A stretch of 63,033 bases of DNA, filler included, from Octopus bimaculoides (GCF_001194135.2; 7 parts of 7 records of this genome joined end to end with filler, not necessarily neighbours in it), one strand, 5' to 3'. Positions 12,206-25,827 are shown, counted from the whole stretch's first letter. Translations and numbers: made by a program. Notes: a model not told the origin generated them from the letters alone.

Positions 12206-13379
12206 TACATACATATATATACGTTACATTACATTTGCATGCAGACAAACATGCATTCATTCATACATATTATATACATACATGTATTCATACATTTACA
12301 TACATACATACGCACAGACATACAGTGAATTATACATACATATATTCGAATAGTCATACATATATATACGTACATAGATACACACCACACATTCATTCAT
12401 AATTTCATACATACATACATACATACTTGAGTAGAGCGACTGTGAGAAAGGGAGTGAGTGAGCGAGAGTGTGTGAAAGAGAGAGGGATAAACAGAGAGAA
12501 ATTGAGAGAACGAGAGACTACTGAGTTGACAGATAGAAAGCTTTGTTTAATGAAATCAACTATTTAATTAAAGTATCTTCTGTATATATATATATATGTG
12601 TATTTGTATATAGCTGAGGTCGTACACATATGTGTTACTGTGTGAGAATATGTGCATATATGTGTGTGTTTGTTTATGGGACAAAATGGCGACTACAATA
12701 CTTATTATAATAGATTTTAATAGATTATGCTTTCAGGAAGGAGAAGTAACGTAACCGAATCTAACGAAAGAAAAAAAATGTTTAGATTTATTCCTCTGTA
12801 AAGAAAGCAACGAAAAAAAAAATCATTCCGGTATATATTCCAGAAAATTCTATTTTTATATCATGAATGAATTGTTGGGGCTTCCAACGTAAAATGATAT
12901 TGTACTTCATAGAGACTGAATAAAGAAGCAGAGGCACTGACGCCAGAGGGCGCCGTTGTGCATTTATATCTTAAATTTAAAAGTGATAATGTCTAACATC
13001 ACTTAACCATTGTGCTATATCATATTCAATGGAACGCTATGGAAGATTTACATCCGGTTATTCTCAAAGACGAGCGTTATTACACAGAGGCACAAACACA
13101 CACGTGCACATGCGCACAAACAAGTAGACACACTTACACATACGTTCACATGTATATATGTACATACGTTTAACTAATCGATGAAATAGCCACTATGTAG
13201 GCGTAGAACCTGCAAGAAATAGAATTCTCTCATATTAGAAAGAAAAAGGACGAGCACTTTAAGTAATGTTAGTCCTAGCTACATGATGTTTGAATTAAAG
13301 ACTGGATTGTCACGAATGGAACGCTCTTGGTCATATGTTTCCTAGATCAGAGATTAACAACAATAGCAGACACACACGA

Positions 13380-13422
<43 letters not shown>

Positions 13423-13628
13423 TATTTTATGTATATTAATATTATCTCAGTTATTAAAACTTTCGATAATTTGAATACGTTAATGGTTACCAGGGGTAGC
13501 AAAATTACACTAAAACCAAGATATCCCAGCCGATTTTTCAGGTTGATATACCGAGTTAACGTGATACATTTTGAGAATATATGGATAATAACAACAAATG
13601 GAGCAAAACGCATGTCGATGAAAGCTCC

Positions 13629-13719
13629 TTTAATTCCTACATATATGTTTCGACAGCAACCCTTTCTTTTTTTGTGAAACGGCTCTCACTTGCTTCGAAA
13701 CATATATGTAGGAATTAAA
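13629..13719. repeat. Perfect 25-bp inverted repeat with 41-bp spacer, abutting a gap
   Basis: TTTAATTCCTACATATATGTTTCGA (13629-13653) versus TCGAAACATATATGTAGGAATTAAA (13695-13719). Confidence 0.85.
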
Positions 13720-14869
13720 NNNNNNNNNNNNNNNNNNNNNNNNNNNNNNNNNNNNNNNNNNNNNNNNNNNNNNNNNNNNNNNNNNNNNNATATATATATA
13801 TATATATAATAGTAAATGGGTCGAACGACATTCTTCATGTTACAGTGAATGATATGACAGTATGATCCAACGAAAATCTTAATTTAAAAGAATCACCTGA
13901 GGAATTGCATCTTATACTGTGGATGGATGATATTCATTTCACAACATGTTAATTATATTACTTCACCGATATACTGCGAGTGTAAAAATGTGTCGAAGCA
14001 ATTCTGGTAGAACCTTCAAATTCCTAAAAAGTGACAAGTGTTTCCTTTTTTTAGATGGTAGTAGCTGGATAGAATCCAACCACCATTTAATTGCCTTGGA
14101 AAAAATGCCCTTAAAATTTATGATATTTGTTGCAAAATATTAACAACGTTGGAACCTAATAAGTTTGAAACCTAAATTAAATGAAGAAAAGTAGTGAAGA
14201 AAACGAAGCATAAGTCTAACGCTTTCCCTTTAATTTTGTTGATAATTCTCGTGACTATAGTAAATAAATTATAGCAAAAAACATAATACGATATAAACCA
14301 CGATTGCTTTAGTTAATCTTTGAAAGAACTTTTGCATTTTAAATGGACCAGAGAATCAAGAAAAGTGCAAGTGTTCTATTTTAATGAGATAAACATTTAC
14401 GAAAATATTTGAGAAATGCAGAGGGGAAATTAGGAAAAATATGTAAGGCGATGTTAATAAAATGAAAATAGAAAGAAAAGATATTCTGTTATCTGTTATA
14501 AGTTATTTATGAATCGTATAACATTTCGGGAAATGATACCCCTTTTCAAATAGAAGAAAAAACAAACAAAGTTTTCTGATAAATATGTTGCTACCAGTAG
14601 GTCAATCAAGTGAGTGTGTGCTAGCATATGTGAGTGTGCGTATGTGCGTGTGTGTGCATATACATGTTGTGTGTGTATTGTGTTCTGTGTGTGTGTGCAT
14701 GTGTGTATGTGTCTAAAAGAATATAATATTTGATATCAAAATCTTTCGATGTGCATGGTTACTGACGATCTACTTTATTGTTATCTCAGACAATCCTTTG
14801 TTCAATATTTACGAAGAGGTCAATGGCATCTCACACACACACACACACGCACGCACACAGACACACACA

Positions 14870-14995
<126 letters not shown>

Positions 14996-16159
14996 TGTAT
15001 GTATGTATGTATGTGTATATATGTATGTGTGTATGTGTAGAAAATAATCAGTTTTCGGATTAATCTGTTGTTACCTGTAAGTCAATCAAGTATAGGTATG
15101 TTGCGCGTATGTGTGTGTGTGTGTATATATATACAAAGGGAGAAAGAGAAAGTGTCAGTTAGTGAGGGAGAAAGAAAGAGATAGATAGACAAATATATAG
15201 AAAGATTAGAAATGACGGAAACAGATAAAGGCCTACTNNNNNNNNNNNNNNNNNNNNNNNNNNNNNNNNNNNNNNNNNNNNNNNNNNNNNNNNNNNNNNN
15301 NNNNNNNNNNNNNNNNNNNNNNNNNNNNNNNNNNNNNNNNNNNNNNNNNNNNNNNNNNNNNNNNNNNNNNNNNNNNNNNNNNNNNNNNNNNNNNNNNNNN
15401 NNNNNNNNNNNNNNNNNNNNNNNNNNNNNNNNNNNNNNNNNNNNNNNNNNNNNNNNNNNNNNNNNNNNNNNNNNNNNNNNNNNNNNNNNNNNNNNNNNNN
15501 NNNNNNNNNNNNNNNNNNNNNNNNNNNNNNNNNNNNNNNNNNNNNNNNNNNNNNNNNNNNNNNNNNNNNNNNNNNNNNNNNNNNNNNNNNNNNNNNNNNN
15601 NNNNNNNNNNNNNNNNNNNNNNNNNNNNNNNNNNNNNNNNNNNNNNNNNNNNNNNNNNNNNNNNNNNNNNNNNNNNNNNNNNNNNNNNNNNNNNNNNNNN
15701 NNNNNNNNNNNNNNNNNNNNNNNNNNNNNNNNNNNNNNNNNNNNNNNNNNNNNNNNNNNNNNNNNNNNNNNNNNNNNNNNNNNNNNNNNNNNNNNNNNNN
15801 NNNNNNNNNNNNNNNNNNNNNNNNNNNNNNNNNNNNNNNNNNNNNNNNNNNNNNNNNNNNNNNNNNNNNNNNNNNNNNNNNNNNNNNNNNNNNNNNNNNN
15901 NNNNNNNNNNNNNNNNNNNNNNNNNNNNNNNNNNNNNNNNNNNNNNNNNNNNNNNNNNNNNNNNNNNNNNNNNNNNNNNNNNNNNNNNNNNNNNNNNNNN
16001 NNNNNNNNNNNNNNNNNNNNNNNNNNNNNNNNNNNNNNNNNNNNNNNNNNNNNNNNNNNNNNNNNNNNNNNNNNNNNNNNNNNNNNNNCCAGCTGGCTTA
16101 TCGACACACGACTGTGTCCTGTTTGCCAAGGGAGTTATCCCTCTCACCACGACCAGCAG

Positions 16160-16405
16160 CACGAACGTGTGTATGTTTGTGTTTGTGTTTGTCACCAGCC
16201 ACCGTTTGACGACAACCAGTGTGGATTTGTTTACCCCCGAAAAAGATATGCTATAGAATATGAACCAGACTTCAAAAACAAACAAAAAAACACGACAGAA
16301 AATAACAAAAACGAAACCATAAGTACTGGATTTGCTTTCTTCAACTAAAATCTTCAAGCCGATGCCCCAGCATGACCGCAATCCAATAACTAAAACAAGT
16401 AAAAT
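16160..16405 (+). mobile_element. SINE family A, diverged 3' module
   Basis: GACAACCAGTGTGG...GATGCCCCAGCATGACCGCAATCCAATAACTAAAACAAGTAAAA. Confidence 0.6.
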
Positions 16406-16421
16406 ATAGAAGATGAACGAA

Positions 16422-16604
16422 GGAGAGGCTGCGTGGTAAGCAGTTTGCTTACGAACCGCATGGTCCCGGGTTCAGTCCCACTGCGTGGCATCTTGGGCAA
16501 GTGTCTTCTACTATAACCTCGGGCCGACCAAAGCCTTGTGAGTAGATTTGGTAGACGGAAACTGAAAGAAGCCCGTCCTATATATGTATATGTTTGTGTA
16601 TATA

Positions 16605-16635
<31 letters not shown>

Positions 16636-16862
16636 ATAAGTGTGTGTGTGTGTATATATGTTTGTGTCTGTATTTGTCTCCCCAACATCGCTTGACAACC
16701 GATGCTGGTGTGTTTACGTCTCCGCGGTTCGGCAAAAAGAGACCGATAGAATAAGTACTAGGCTTCCAAAGAATAAGTCTTGGGGTCGATTTGCTCGACT
16801 AGAAGGCGGTGCTCCAGCATGGCGACAGTCAAATGACTGAAACAATTAAAAGAGTAAAAGAG
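16422..16862 (+). mobile_element. SINE family A, full length
   Basis: Complete head, internal (TA/TG)n and 3' module ending GACTGAAACAATTAAAAGAGTAAAAGAG. Confidence 0.92.
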
Positions 16863-17109
16863 ACATACTATGATAAATGCATAGATGTACGCGTGGAGCA
16901 CAGATAATCGTGTCATTAGCATGTTTGATTAACTGCATACGTTTCTGTCTGGCTACTGATGCCGTAATGTAGAACGTTCGTGACTATTCTATTGAGAAAT
17001 AGGCGATGAAAAGCATTGTTCTATTGTTGCGTGTGCCTTATATTATATTTAAACAAATATATTGTCTGTTCATATTTAAATGTGTTCTCTATGCTTTTGT
17101 TGCTACTGC

Positions 17110-17145
<36 letters not shown>

Positions 17146-18216
17146 GCTTCAAGTCAACCTTGATTGAGATGACTAACGTTTAAAGAAAATTTTCGTGTCT
17201 TTTTGTTCAGACGATGAATATACGTTCATACGCATGTGTGCGTATGCGGGATGAAAGTACGAATGCGTGTATGCATGTATGTACGCACGCACGTACGTAT
17301 GTATGTATGTATGTATGTATGTATGTATGTATATATGTATGTATGTATGTATAAATTTATGCATGAATGAATGTATTTAAACATGTATATTTGTATGTAT
17401 GCATGTATGTATATTGGTATATATGGAGATATCTACACTTGTATACGTGCATATCTATACTTGTATACATATATGTATGCTACTGTGCCTGTATTTTTGT
17501 ATGTTTGCAGGAAAGTATGTCTGTATCTATGTATAAAAATATGTATACATGTTAGTATGTATGGATTTGAATACGCGTATGTGCATGCATATACGCATGT
17601 ACGTAAGTATATTGATAAATATATATGTACATATNNNNNNNNNNNNNNNNNNNNNNNNNNNNNNNNNNNNNNNNNNNNNNNNNNNNNNNNNNNNNNNNNN
17701 NNNNNNNNNNNNNNNNNNNNNNNNNNNNNNNNNNNNNNNNNNNNNNNNNNNNNNNNNNNNNNNNNNNNNNNNNNNNNNNNNNNNNNNNNNNNNNNNNNNN
17801 NNNNNNNNNNNNNNNNNNNNNNNNNNNNNNNNNNNNNNNNNNNNNNNNNNNNNNNNNNNNNNNNNNNNNNNNNNNNNNNNNNNNNNNNNNNNNNNNNNNN
17901 NNNNNNNNNNNNNNNNNNNNNNNNNNNNNNNNNNNNNNNNNNNNNNNNNNNNNNNNNNNNNNNNNNNNNNNNNNNNNNNNNNNNNNNNNNNNNNNNNNNN
18001 NNNNNNNNNNNNNNNNNNTGTACGCACGCACGTACGTATGTATGTATGTATGTATGTATGTATGTATGTATGCCATTATTCAGATTTATTTCAAGATTTC
18101 TTGCCAATAGAGAAAGAACCGGTTTCTAACCTGGATCCAAGGCTCCTTCATTCGAATTTCAGCATCAACACTGTATGTATGTATGTATGTATGTATGTAT
18201 GTAGATAGGTAGGTAG

Positions 18217-18655
18217 CAGGGACGTGCCGCCTACGTAGGCAAAGTAGGCAGTGCCTACCCTGAATAAAATAGATGGCATACAGTTTACACATTTGATGGT
18301 AAACGTATCCTATCATATTTAACCATTTATTCTGTACAATATAAGTAGTGTATCGTAACTGATCATTGCAAACGATGAAATATAAGGCAACAGTCTTCTT
18401 CTGTTTATAGTATAAATTACAAGATGGCCGACGCTGGCAAAAGACCAACTTGTTGAGGTTCCTGATCGTTCTGATAAATTGGTTGAAATCTTTCTCCAAG
18501 ATCATGAAATAGAAGCTTATAACGTTCTTCTGGACAGTCTCCAAATTGGAACATTTATAATGACAGATGAGAAGTCAAAGTTTAGTTCAAGAAACTGCGT
18601 AAGAATGGCATTTATGGAAGAATTCAAGAATTTAGAAGTTAGATTATTAAGTTAG
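18217..18655 (+). mobile_element. Possible hAT-like transposon remnant
   Basis: Terminus-like CAGGGACGTGCCGCCTACGTAGGCAAAGTAGGCAGTGCCTACCCTG followed by an open stretch KDQLVEVPDRSDKLVEIFLQDHEIEAYNVLLDSLQ...; family assignment tentative. Confidence 0.35.
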
Positions 18656-18782
18656 CTTGTAGAAAAAAATTATTAAAGAATTCAACATGGTAATTCTTCG
18701 TTATATTGCTTAACTGATATTACCATTCTTAATTAAAATACTATCTGGATGAGTATACCGCAGATACATCTTACTTTCTCTG

Positions 18783-19005
18783 AAGGCACGGCACATTGTC
18801 TTAGTTGTCAGGGCATTCGGTTTACGATTGTAAGGCCGCGAGTTCGAGTCCCGGTGACGCCTTGCGTCCTTGAGCAAGACACTTTATATCACCTTGCTCC
18901 AGTTCACTGAGTTAACAAAAATAAGTTGATGTACCTGTATTTCAAAGGGGCCAGCCTTCGTCACATTCTGTATCAGGCTGAATCTCCCAGAGAACTACAT
19001 TAACG
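18783..19005 (+). mobile_element. tRNA-headed SINE sharing the family B central block (partial)
   Basis: GAGTTCGAGTCCC head, GTCCTTGAGCAAGACAC, then TGTACCTGTATTTCAAAGGGGCCAGCC...GAGAACTAC. Confidence 0.7.
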
Positions 19006-19034
19006 GTACGTTTGACACGCGCCTGTATGTATAT

Positions 19035-19349
19035 GTGGCACTCCATCGGTTACGACGACGAGCGTTCCAGTTGATTCGATCAACGGAACAGCCTGCTCGT
19101 GAAATTAACGTGCAAGTGGCTGAGCACTCCACAGAAACGTGTACTCTTAGCGTAGTTCTCGGGGAGATTCAGCATGACACAGAGTGTGACAAGGCTGGCC
19201 CCTTTGAAATACAGGTACATCAATAACAGGAAGAAAGAGTGAGAGAAAGTTGCGGTGAAAGAGTACAGCAGGGTTCGCCACCACCCCCTGCCTCGTGGAG
19301 CTTTAGGTGTTTTCACTCAATAAACACTCACAACGCCCGGTCTGGGAAT
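19035..19349 (-). mobile_element. SINE family B (head runs into gap)
   Basis: Reverse complement of the 2573-2954 element. Confidence 0.9.
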
Positions 19350-20624
19350 NNNNNNNNNNNNNNNNNNNNNNNNNNNNNNNNNNNNNNNNNNNNNNNNNNN
19401 NNNNNNNNNNNNNNNNNNNNNNNNNNNNNNNNNNNNNNNNNNNNNNNNNNNNNNNNNNNNNNNNNNNNNNNNNNNNNNNNNNNNNNNNNNNNNNNNNNNN
19501 NNNNNNNNNNNNNNNNNNNNNNNNNNNNNNNNNNNNNNNNNNNNNNNNNNNNNNNNNNNNNNNNNNNNNNNNNNNNNNNNNNNNNNNNNNNNNNNNNNNN
19601 NNNNNNNNNNNNNNNNNNNNNNNNNNNNNNNNNNNNNNNNNNNNNNNNNNNNNNNNNNNNNNNNNNNNNNNNNNNNNNNNNNNNNNNNNNNNNNNNNNNN
19701 NNNNNNNNNNNNNNNNNNNNNNNNNNNNNNNNNNNNNNNNNNNNNNNNNNNNNNNNNNNNNNNNNNNNNNNNNNNNNNNNNNNNNNNNNNNNNNNNNNNN
19801 NNNNNNNNNNNNNNNNNNNNNNNNNNNNNNNNNNNNNNNNNNNNNNNNNNNNNNNNNNNNNNNNNNNNNNNNNNNNNNNNNNNNNNNNNNNNNNNNNNNN
19901 NNNNNNNNNNNNNNNNNNNNNNNNNNNNNNNNNNNNNNNNNNNNNNNNNNNNNNNNNNNNNNNNNATATATATACATATACGTATATATATATATATATG
20001 TATATGTATATATATATGTATATACATACATATATATATATACATATATATATGTATATATGTATATGTATATATACACATACACACAAACAAATTCATG
20101 CCTATTTACATACATTCATGCAAACATATATACATGCATACATTGAGACAGACATACATACATACATGCATACATACATGCATACATACATACATACATA
20201 CATACAAACATACATACAAACATACATACATACATACATACATACATACACATAACATATGTGGATCGAAAGAAAAAGATACGTACCGGTGTGGAAATCA
20301 GCTGCCTGATAAACAGCAACTTGGTTAGAAAAATATAAGAGAAAGATATCTAAGGACCATTGCTAAGGACCTTGCAAATGCAATACCCAAGATACACTTT
20401 CAGCTTCATATCCATTATTACTGGACCAGAAGGATGGCTGATCTTGGGTTCTTGAGGAGAGAACGGAAATCCTAAATTCAATTTGCAAGACTTTCTTAAT
20501 ATTTAAAGGATGACGAACAAAATAAAGATGTTTTCCTCACAACTTTGCATCTGAGGAGGTGGCGATTTAAAATTTATTCCAAATTAAAAAGAGAAAGAGA
20601 ACGCACATAAAACATACATACATA

Positions 20625-20829
20625 CAGCTACTCTATCCAGATTACAAGTTCAGGTTTAGTACCTGTAATTGTTGGGGCACTGGGATATGTAACACACTGC
20701 CTAAATATCAGTCTTGAGAATTTAAGCTTCTCAAAACCAGAAAGAAGAAAGCTCATTCGAAGACTACAGATCCAAGCCATCACTGGAACTGTAAGAATCT
20801 GTAAAACTTACCAGAATTTTATCATTTAA
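20625..20829 (+). mobile_element. 3' end of an RLE-type (restriction-like endonuclease, R4/Dong/HERO-like) non-LTR retrotransposon
   Basis: QLLYPDYKFRF/VPVIVGALGYVTHCLNISLENLSFSKPERRKLIRRLQIQAITGTVRICKTYQNFII* (one +1 frameshift). P-V-I-V-G-A-L-G and L-Q-x-x-A-x-x-G-T are characteristic RLE C-terminal motifs. Confidence 0.75.
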
Positions 20830-21834
20830 ATATATACGAGCATATCTAGGTATGCAACTATATACATGAGAATACATGCATAAAACATACATACAAATCT
20901 GCACGTATACATAAGTATATACATGCATACATACATACATACATACATACATGCATGCATACATGCATACATGCAAGCGTTTTCACACCTTAATAGCTGA
21001 CTATGTATAATGCTTCGTATATGCAAAGTGGAGTCAGCTACGTAGGGAGAATCGAAGCGATTCTTTCTCATTTCTAAATGCTTCAATCAATTTTAGTCGA
21101 CGGATTTCTTAATTGAAAAATCGTCGGCACAGTTTTCTTTGAAGTCTAATTATTTATTCAATATTTATGATTCGGTTTCTATCAGTTATTTTGTTCACTT
21201 AGTCGTTTACACCTTGTTGTAGGTATGTATAAAACACACACACACAGTAGACGCGGACACNNNNNNNNNNNNNNNNNNNNNNNNNNNNNNNNNNNNNNNN
21301 NNNNNNNNNNNNNNNNNNNNNNNNNNNNNNNNNNNNNNNNNNNNNNNNNNNNNNNNNNNNNNNNNNNNNNNNNNNNNNNNNNNNNNNNNNNNNNNNNNNN
21401 NNNNNNNNNNNNNNNNNNNNNNNNNNNNNNNNNNNNNNNNNNNNNNNNNNNNNNNNNNNNNNNNNNNNNNNNNNNNNNNNNNNNNNNNNNNNNNNNNNNN
21501 NNNNNNNNNNNNNNNNNNNNNNNNNNNNNNNNNNNNNNNNNNNNNNNNNNNNNNNNNNNNNNNNNNNNNNNNNNNNNNNNNNNNNNNNNNNNNNNNNNNN
21601 NNNNNNNNNNNNNNNNNNNNNNNNNNNNNNNNNNNNNNNNNNNNNNNNNNNNNNNNNNNNNNNNNNNNNNNNNNNNNNNNNNNNNNNNNNNNNNNNNNNN
21701 NNNNNNNNNNNNNNNNNNNNNNNNNNNNNNNNNNNNNNNNNNNNNNNNNNNNNNNNNNNNNNNNNNNNNNNNNNNNNNNNNNNNNNNNNNNNNNNNNNNN
21801 NNNNNNNNNNNNNNNNNNNNNNNNNNNNNNNNNN

Positions 21835-21882
<48 letters not shown>

Positions 21883-22601
21883 GTGTGCGTGCGTGTATGT
21901 GTAGGTGTGTGTGTTTGTGTATTTGATGTATATATGTATGAATATATATACACTTGTATATAAGTGTATATACCTGTATGTATGTATTTACACACACACA
22001 TACGCACACATATTTATATACACACATATGTGTGCGTGTATAAACTTATACATATTTGTATATACACTTATACACATGCGTATATACATTCATACATATA
22101 TATATACCAGATACACAAACACATATATGGAAATACATACATACATTCACTATGGCGTCACTTAGACGAATGCACACTGAAGAAATAGCACTAATTATTT
22201 TTATTAATTTAATAACATTCGATTCGAGCTCTTGATGGAGTGAATAAGAGAATATTTTTTTTTCCTTTTCAATGATGCAAGTCTAATCATAAAAAAAGTT
22301 TAGCTTTTCATAATGAAATTAGTGATTCATTACGTAGACACAACGCCTGGCCTGGAATCTGGAGACAAAAGACAAACGTTCGATGATATTGATCTCACTA
22401 CGAAAGGTATTTCATATTATTGATACGTAAAGGTTAAAAAATAATGTTGACTTCTGTAGGTATTGAACTCTCAGAACTGAACTTACCTCAGCTAAATGCA
22501 TGCAATTCATTTGATGCTCTAAAAGTGATAAATAATTTCAGAATTTTGAGAGAAAATTACCTTAAAATTTATATATTAATATCATCTTGAAGAATGTGAC
22601 A

Positions 22602-22800
22602 AGGTAGCGGGCTGGGTGAACCGTCAGCGCGCCGGAAAAAAAAATGCTAAGAGGCATTTCGTCAGCGTTTACGTTCTGAGTTCAAATTCCGCCAAGGTCG
22701 ACTTTGCCTTTTATCCTTTCGGGGTTGATAATTTAAGTACCGATGTAATCGCTTATCCCCTCCCCCCAAAATTTCAGGCCTTGTGCCTTTAGTAGAAAGG
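22602..22800 (+). mobile_element. SINE family C
   Basis: TACGTTCTGAGTTCAAATTCCGCCAAGGTCGACTTTGCC...CAGGCCTTGTGCCTTTAGTAGAAAGG. Confidence 0.88.
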
Positions 22801-24618
22801 AGGTTGGTAGAATCGTTAGTACACCTTTCGGTATTGATAGAATAAGTACCAATTGAATCCTGGAAATCGAAATAATCAACTGATCCATTGTCCCGAAATA
22901 GCTTGCATCATGCCAAAATTTGAGACAAATATCAACCACGTGGTGTCCCTCTAGCAGACAGTTAATGTAAGGGAGATAATCATTGCTTCATAATAATTAG
23001 CTGGATTAGAAGTTTGAAATTGAAATTAAGGAACGAAGGACACGTTAAGGCTATACGTGTCTGTGGAGTGCCCAGCCCTTGCACGTTAATTTCATGAGCA
23101 AGCTGTTCCGTTGATCGCCGGCCTAACCGACGGAGTGCTAAGAAAGAAAAAAGAAGTGTTTCTTTAAGCCAACCCCCTTAACAATTGATTTAGATGCAAA
23201 GCTAGTAAATCGGAAGGACGGAAGGGCAGCAAGCGAAGTTGACCTCAGTAGGATTTGAACTAACAACGAGAAGTAGCTTAACTGATTATCCCAGAACGTA
23301 TTTGTTCGACATTCAAGTGTTTCTTCCTGTTCATCCCATAAGAATGCTTTATTAAGACCCAAAGAGAATTGTGCTAATCTACTCTCGAGGATAGTTTACC
23401 AAACTGAATTGACGCCACTCTATTTTACGGACGCTAGTGGTATGAAATACCAAATTGACCTCGGCGGGATTTGAAATCAGAATATAAAGTGTCATAGATA
23501 ATAAACAAGTACAAAGGAATTTTTATACCACGCTTAAACGTTCCTTCAATCCTCCGCCTTTTGTCATGAAAGCATCGATCTCTTTTCACTAACTACACGC
23601 CTAATATTGTTTTTTTTTTTGCCTGGTTGATATAATCGATTACATCAGTATAAACATATTAGTAAATCGATCTTCGTATTTTGAGACTCATTCTACCAAA
23701 TATAAAGCACAAAGGTATCACCCATGAGATGTGAGCTTTGAACTTTAAAGGACGAATCTGTAATAATAACGATAGATATTTGACTTTGGCGATGTGATCA
23801 ACTGTTTGTACTGGTTCTTTGCTTTTGATCGCTTAAAATAACATTCGATAAGTGTAACTAACAATTCAAACATTCAGTCCTATTATCAATCTGGTGGCAG
23901 CTCACTTAAGCTTGAAGTTACTATCGTCTGTAATAGCTATTACATGTGTATATTCAATCATTTCATCATTTAATCAGTAAGAATGACATTCACATATATT
24001 GGCACTTTAAAATCTCATTTCCAAACGAGTGTCTATTTTCCAAATTGTCCGATGACAGTGTCAATACTAGCTGATACTGTGAAATATTATAACAGCGAAA
24101 GGTTATTTAAAGTGAATGGAAAGGAAAGGATAAAAATATAAAATAGATCAAATGTTAAAAGCAAGTATCTCTTATTCTAGTAATCATTATCTTTACATCA
24201 TTTGATAAAAGAAAAAATCACGTTATTAATGACTGAACTCTCTCAAAGCACGGATTGTGTTATTAGATGCTGTCAGCTCAAATTCAAAATATAATAAAAT
24301 GACGGTCCTGGATGCTGGTGATTAATTTCAGATTTAATAGTCTTAGGCTTAAGAGAATGCTGAATAAATTTATTCACATCTATTTATCGTATGTGGAAAC
24401 TATTAGTACTATGATTGCAAGCTACATACATATATCTGCAAACTATCAACATCTTTAAGAAGTTAACTGAGGCGGACAAAAGTTAAGTGATCTGTTCAGA
24501 AACACAATAAAACGATTGTGACACATACGCGTGTTATACGTACTGCAAGTATGTATGTGTGTATGTATGTATGTATGTATGTATGTATACACACACACAC
24601 ACACACAAATACATATGC

Positions 24619-24649
<31 letters not shown>

Positions 24650-25081
24650 CATACATACATACATACATATGCACATACATCACACACGTACATGCAATGA
24701 TATATATATATAAATCTCTCTGTGTGTATAATATGTGTGTGTGTATATATATATGTATATATATACACATATATAATGTTATTTACACGCACAATAATGA
24801 TATATATATATACATATATAATTGTTAGATGTGTTTCGATCGTTGATCGACTAAAAGAGAACTCTTGGAAGTACTCAATGCTTTCACCGTCGTAGAATCG
24901 ATATATCGATATTTCCATTTCTAACCGATCGATGCCTTATAAGTAAGAGTGGAATCGTTTAAATTTATTCTAGAATCTCTTCAAAGACTAGATCCAGTCT
25001 GGTCTTTGAAGAAAGAAACACAAGAGACTATCTTGAAAGGATTATATGGTTGCACGTCATGGAGTGGTTGCTGAAACAACA

Positions 25082-25146
<65 letters not shown>

Positions 25147-25240
25147 GACCATCACCACCACTACTAATACAATCATCACCCCCCCTACGTTCTAATATAA
25201 TTCTCCGTCTCCTAGATTAGTCTTCTTCGACACAGCTTCT

Positions 25241-25294
25241 CTGGTAGGCTCCGTCTGGTAGGCCCCGTCTGGTAGGCTCCGTCTGGTAGTCTCC
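25241..25294. repeat. 14-bp minisatellite, about 3.9 units (CTGGTAGGCTCCGT)
   Basis: Units start at 25241, 25255, 25269, 25283. Confidence 0.9.
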
Positions 25295-25344
25295 AGGCTC
25301 ACCTGGGTATCAAACCGAAATTTCTTTGACCTTGTGCATGCATT

Positions 25345-25390
<46 letters not shown>

Positions 25391-25448
25391 TATATACACG
25401 AATGAATACATGTATATATGCATAGATATGAATGAATAAATGTTTACA

Positions 25449-25479
<31 letters not shown>

Positions 25480-25815
25480 GCGAGTAAAAATAAATACAAA
25501 AAAAGGTGGATTTTTTTGTATGATTGTGTATAGAGGAATATATTATTTTGCTTAAAAGAGTTCCAACACTGTCTGTTTTTTATGTTTTATTTATATTCCT
25601 GCAGAACTAATGTGGGGTATAGAATATGGAATATACAATATATAATATAATATACAATATATAATATAAAATAAAATAAAAATGGATGGCACCATGAAAT
25701 AAAGTATTGAATGTAGATGAAATATTGAGTGTTCAATATAAAGGATCAAATATATAAATATATAAATATAANNNNNNNNNNNNNNNNNNNNNNNNNNNNN
25801 NNNNNNNNNNNNNNN

Positions 25816-25827
25816 TTAATTAATTAA
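25816..25827. other. Assembly spacer TTAATTAATTAA within N-run (also 36123-36134, 39689-39700, 45716-45727, 53600-53611, 61013-61024)
   Basis: Identical 12-mer with stop codons in all six frames, centred in N-runs; a scaffolding artefact rather than biology. Confidence 0.95.

Noticed and set aside
17265-18075. TGTACGCACGCACGTACG(TATG)n present on both sides of the 17635-18018 gap
   Set aside because: Most likely contig-end overlap or mis-join in low-complexity sequence; cannot be supported as a real duplication.
25816-25827. Six identical TTAATTAATTAA palindromes spaced through the window
   Set aside because: Always centred in N-runs; a six-frame-stop scaffolding spacer, not a biological repeat or CRISPR-like array.
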